Below, piece by piece: positions 54,088 through 56,957 of a stretch of 56,957 nt of DNA. Within the stretch, counting starts at the first letter, position 1; each line of letters starts with the position of its first letter. The notes beneath the pieces are model-generated. The model was not told the origin of the DNA. It worked only from the letters and a program-made list of their open reading frames with translations, and searched no databases. Where the stretch lies: contig JBDRFG010000013.1 in the NCBI GenBank assembly GCA_043819135.1, positions 1-56,957 of the forward strand. Reading direction: 5' to 3'. Source of the stretch: Candidatus Eiseniibacteriota bacterium (lineage in GTDB: Bacteria > Joyebacterota > Joyebacteria > Joyebacterales > Joyebacteraceae). A program made the position numbers and the translations under genes.

Positions 54088-55722
54088 CTATGCCAGAAGC
54101 TCTATCTTCTTCTCGACCGTCGAGGCCCGCCTGTACTCCGGCAGTAGCATCGGTGAGACCTTGGTCGGCTCGATGCCCGCCGACTGCAGGGCCACGTGAT
54201 ATTCCTTCAGGTGAGCGAGACCGAGGGCGCCCGCGGTCTTGATGCCGGCCGCCCGTGCGGCGGCGGCCACGCCGGCCCTCCGTCCGAAAACAACCACGTC
54301 CAGAAGCGAGTTGCCCATCAGCCGGTTGGTGCCGTGTACGCCGCCCGCAACCTCTCCGGCCGCGTAGAGACCCTTGACGGGTGTCGCGCACTGGTCGTCT
54401 ATTTCGAGTCCGCCGTTCTGGTAGTGCTGCGTCGGGTAGATGAGGATCGGGTGCTTGGCCATGTCGATGCCGAACCGCTCGTACTGGCGGTACATCGCGG
54501 GCACACGCGCTTTGACCGAGCCCTCGCCCAGCTTCGTCTCGATGACGACCGTGTCCAGCCAAACCGCCGGCTGCCCGGATGGCGTGACCACTCCCTTGCT
54601 CCGCCCCGCGCACTCGCGGATAACGGCGGCCGCCTCGACGTCCCTTGTCTCGAGCTCGTAGACGAAGCGATCGCCATCGATGTTGGTGATCTGTCCGCCG
54701 ATGCTCCTCACCTTCTCCGTTACCAGGAGACCGAGGATCTGCTCCGGGTAGGCTGCTCCCGTCGGGTGGTACTGTATCGTGTTCATGTACCGGAGCGGTG
54801 CGCCGACGCGATATCCGAGCACGAGACCGTCGCCGGTGGCTCCGTAGTGATTCGAGGTCGGGAAGCCCATCACGTGGAGACGCCCGCCGCCGCCGGTGGC
54901 GAGGATGGTGGTCTTCGCCCTGACGATGAGGTACTCCTGCGTTTCCATGTTGTAGAGCACGGCGCCCGTGACCCTGCCGCCGTCGGTCAGAAGCTCGTAG
55001 ACCGAAGCGAACTCGACGATCGGGATGTCGCGGTTGATCAGCTCGTCCTTCAGGGTCTTCATGATCTCACCACCCGTGAAGTCGCGCGCGGCGTGCATAC
55101 GCTTGCGCGAGGTGCCGCCGCCGTGGATGGTAATCATCGTGCCGTCGCTATCCTTGTCGAACATCACGCCGAGCTTCTCGAGCCACGAGATGACCTCCGG
55201 CGCGTCCATCACGAGCGCCCGGGCCAGCTTCGGGTCGTTCTTGTAGTGGCCGCCACCCAGCACGTCAAGGTAGTGGATCGCCGGCGAGTCGTTGGGCTTG
55301 TCGGCGCCTTGGATCCCGCCCTGCGCCATCACTGTGTTGGAGTCACCCACGCGCAGCTTCGTGACCAGAAGCACGTCGGCGCCCTGCTCGGCCGCCACGA
55401 GCGCGGCGGACGCCCCCGCACCACCACCGCCCACCACCAGAACGTCCACATCGAAGTCGACTTGTGAGAGGTCGAACTTGTCCGGGTCCAGAGCGCTGTA
55501 TGCCTCCAGGACGTCGGCGTACTCGACGGGCGTGCGATCGCCCCTAGACGGTCCGACCTTGAGCTCACGGAAGACCTCATCCTTGTAGTCCGGATGGAAG
55601 CCCTCGAGCAGCTCCTGTTTGGCGTCCGGGGAGAGAAGCGGGAACTTCTCGTCCAATCGCTTCCCGCGGGTCGCCTCCACACGCTTTATCAGTTCCAGCA
55701 GTTCAGGTGTGTACAAACCCAC
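54088..55722 (-). CDS. Fumarate reductase / succinate dehydrogenase flavoprotein (TfrA-like)
   Basis: GGGGAG, SNTVMAQGG, QYHPTG, ETRD, HYQNGG, HGTNRLMGNSL. Confidence 0.9.
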   Translation of the reverse strand: MGLYTPELLELIKRVEATRGKRLDEKFPLLSPDAKQELLEGFHPDYKDEVFRELKVGPSRGDRTPVEYADVLEAYSALDPDKFDLSQVDFDVDVLVVGGGGAGASAALVAAEQGADVLLVTKLRVGDSNTVMAQGGIQGADKPNDSPAIHYLDVLGGGHYKNDPKLARALVMDAPEVISWLEKLGVMFDKDSDGTMITIHGGGTSRKRMHAARDFTGGEIMKTLKDELINRDIPIVEFASVYELLTDGGRVTGAVLYNMETQEYLIVRAKTTILATGGGGRLHVMGFPTSNHYGATGDGLVLGYRVGAPLRYMNTIQYHPTGAAYPEQILGLLVTEKVRSIGGQITNIDGDRFVYELETRDVEAAAVIRECAGRSKGVVTPSGQPAVWLDTVVIETKLGEGSVKARVPAMYRQYERFGIDMAKHPILIYPTQHYQNGGLEIDDQCATPVKGLYAAGEVAGGVHGTNRLMGNSLLDVVVFGRRAGVAAAARAAGIKTAGALGLAHLKEYHVALQSAGIEPTKVSPMLLPEYRRASTVEKKIELLA

Positions 55723-55728
55723 GTCCTC

Positions 55729-56412
55729 CTAGTCTCGCGGCTCCATGTCCCGATTATTGTAGAGCTCGGCCAGCTCGGCCTGCTTCATCTTGGCAAGTTT
55801 GTCCATCTCGGCGTTGAACGCTCCGTCCGCGACCTCCTGCAGCCGGTCCTCGAGGTGCTGCGCGGGGGGCGCGATGTGGCGCGAGTAGAGCCTGCGGCAC
55901 AAGAGCGCGACCTGATACTGCACTATCTCGGCCGGGCACCTCGACGCGCAGAGTCCACAGAGGAGACAGTCGAACGACAGGTCGGCCGCCTTGGCGATGT
56001 CACCCCTGAGCGCGGCCTGGATGTACTCCATAACCTCGATGTCCTGAGGACAGGCCTTGGTGCAGGTGTTGCACGCGAGGCAACGGAAGACCTCCGGGTA
56101 GAGCGAGAGTATCGCGGCGGAGGTCGCTTTGAGGTCCTCGATGTCGTAGATCGCTTTGTTGCCCGGGAAGAACGGCATCTCCGCCAGGTACATCTGGTCC
56201 TGCACCAGTTCCTGGCAGGCGAGACCGACCTTGAGGCGGTAGTCGTCCTTCGTCCGGTAGACGGTTCCACAGGCGCCGCAGAACGCTCCCCTGCACCCAC
56301 AACCCCTCACGAACCGGTAGCCCGCGTACTCCATTGCCTTCATGATGGTGAGGTCTCCGGGGACCTCGTAGGGCTTCCCCATCACGTAGATGGTGACCAT
56401 CTTCTCTGCCAT
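55729..56412 (-). CDS. Iron-sulfur subunit with 2Fe-2S and two 4Fe-4S motifs
   Basis: GCRGAFCGAC...LACQ; CLACNTCTKACP; CLLCGLCASRCP. Confidence 0.88.
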   Translation of the reverse strand: MAEKMVTIYVMGKPYEVPGDLTIMKAMEYAGYRFVRGCGCRGAFCGACGTVYRTKDDYRLKVGLACQELVQDQMYLAEMPFFPGNKAIYDIEDLKATSAAILSLYPEVFRCLACNTCTKACPQDIEVMEYIQAALRGDIAKAADLSFDCLLCGLCASRCPAEIVQYQVALLCRRLYSRHIAPPAQHLEDRLQEVADGAFNAEMDKLAKMKQAELAELYNNRDMEPRD

Positions 56413-56482
56413 CGCGTCACATCCCCCTTGTGTCGTACGTCTGATGTCAGTCCGGTGTTGCCGGCCGCGCGGTTTCCCGCCC

Positions 56483-56920
56483 CTACTTCGCGGGCTCGGC
56501 CACCTTCGCCTTGTCGGTTAGCCCCAGCTCCAGAGGCCCCAGCCCCTTGACCTCGTCGACGAAATCGGACATCACGTGAACCAGCTTCTCGCCCTCGGCG
56601 GCGGAGATCCACTCGAGGTGCAGACGCTCGGGCTCGATGCCCATGTCCTCGAGCATGCGCTTCAGGAACTGAACGCGCCGCATGGTCTTGTGGTTCCCCT
56701 CTTCGTAGTGACAGTCGCCGGGATGACATCCACCGACCAGCACGCCGTCGGCGCCTTCGCGGAACGCCCAGAGGACGTGCTGCGGATCGATGCGGCCCGT
56801 GCAGTTCACGCGCACGACCACACCGTTCGGCGGGTACTGCTTCCTTGAGGTGCCGGCGAGGTCCGCGCCGGCGTACGTGCACCACTTGCAGAAGAAACAG
56901 ACGATCCTCGGTTCGAACAT
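56483..56920 (-). CDS. mvhD: MvhD/FlpD family 2Fe-2S protein
   Basis: FCKWCTYAGADLAG, RVNCTGRID, GADGV...GCHPGDCHY..GN, WISAAEG. Confidence 0.93.
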   Translation of the reverse strand: MFEPRIVCFFCKWCTYAGADLAGTSRKQYPPNGVVVRVNCTGRIDPQHVLWAFREGADGVLVGGCHPGDCHYEEGNHKTMRRVQFLKRMLEDMGIEPERLHLEWISAAEGEKLVHVMSDFVDEVKGLGPLELGLTDKAKVAEPAK

Positions 56921-56921
56921 G

Positions 56922-56957
56922 TCAGACCTCCAGGGCGGCCGAGACCATTTTGTAGAG
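56922..56957 (-). CDS. C-terminal end of an upstream gene (HdrA-like by context only)
   Basis: LYKMVSAALEV* ends 1 nt before the mvhD start; only 11 codons visible. Confidence 0.4.
   Translation of the reverse strand, partial: LYKMVSAALEV

Noticed and set aside
56483..56920. Selenocysteine recoding in mvhD
   Set aside because: All ligand positions are ordinary Cys codons and there is no in-frame TGA.
1..56957. Prophage, IS element, integrase, tRNA, rRNA or CRISPR array
   Set aside because: No such genes, terminal repeats or repeat-spacer periodicity were seen by eye.

Overview
A GC-rich, gene-dense bacterial chromosomal window with about 43 real genes. Most of the supplied ORF track is antisense or alternative-frame shadow. 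Secreted hydrolases ending in a FlgD-Ig-like tail and a protein ending in TWGSIKSMYK suggest an FCB-related candidate lineage such as Eisenbacteria, Krumholzibacteriota or Latescibacterota (inference). Contents in order: a partial papain-like/beta-helix enzyme absent from the ORF track, a geranylgeranyl-reductase-family gene, a Ser/Thr kinase + 110-aa protein + radical SAM/SPASM module, a BmrCD-like ABC exporter, peptidases (M50, M14, MXAN_6640-like, S9, degenerate M1), a second reductase, two ECF sigma/anti-sigma sets, PMM/PGM, trpS, iscU, a lytic transglycosylase, PTS enzyme I, a CoA-disulfide-reductase-like enzyme, and an mvhD-FeS-flavoprotein cluster (anchorless fumarate reductase-like). 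Strongest leads: (1) a candidate RiPP or protein-modification system whose putative substrate has two homologous 34-aa helices around a two-Cys core; (2) a ~220-nt free-standing structured RNA resembling the raiA motif; (3) a candidate sigma54-driven sRNA; (4) an ECF-type promoter motif shared by a sigma gene and a nearby gene. No rRNA, tRNA, CRISPR array or transposase was seen. All calls come from reading motifs by eye; no searches were run.
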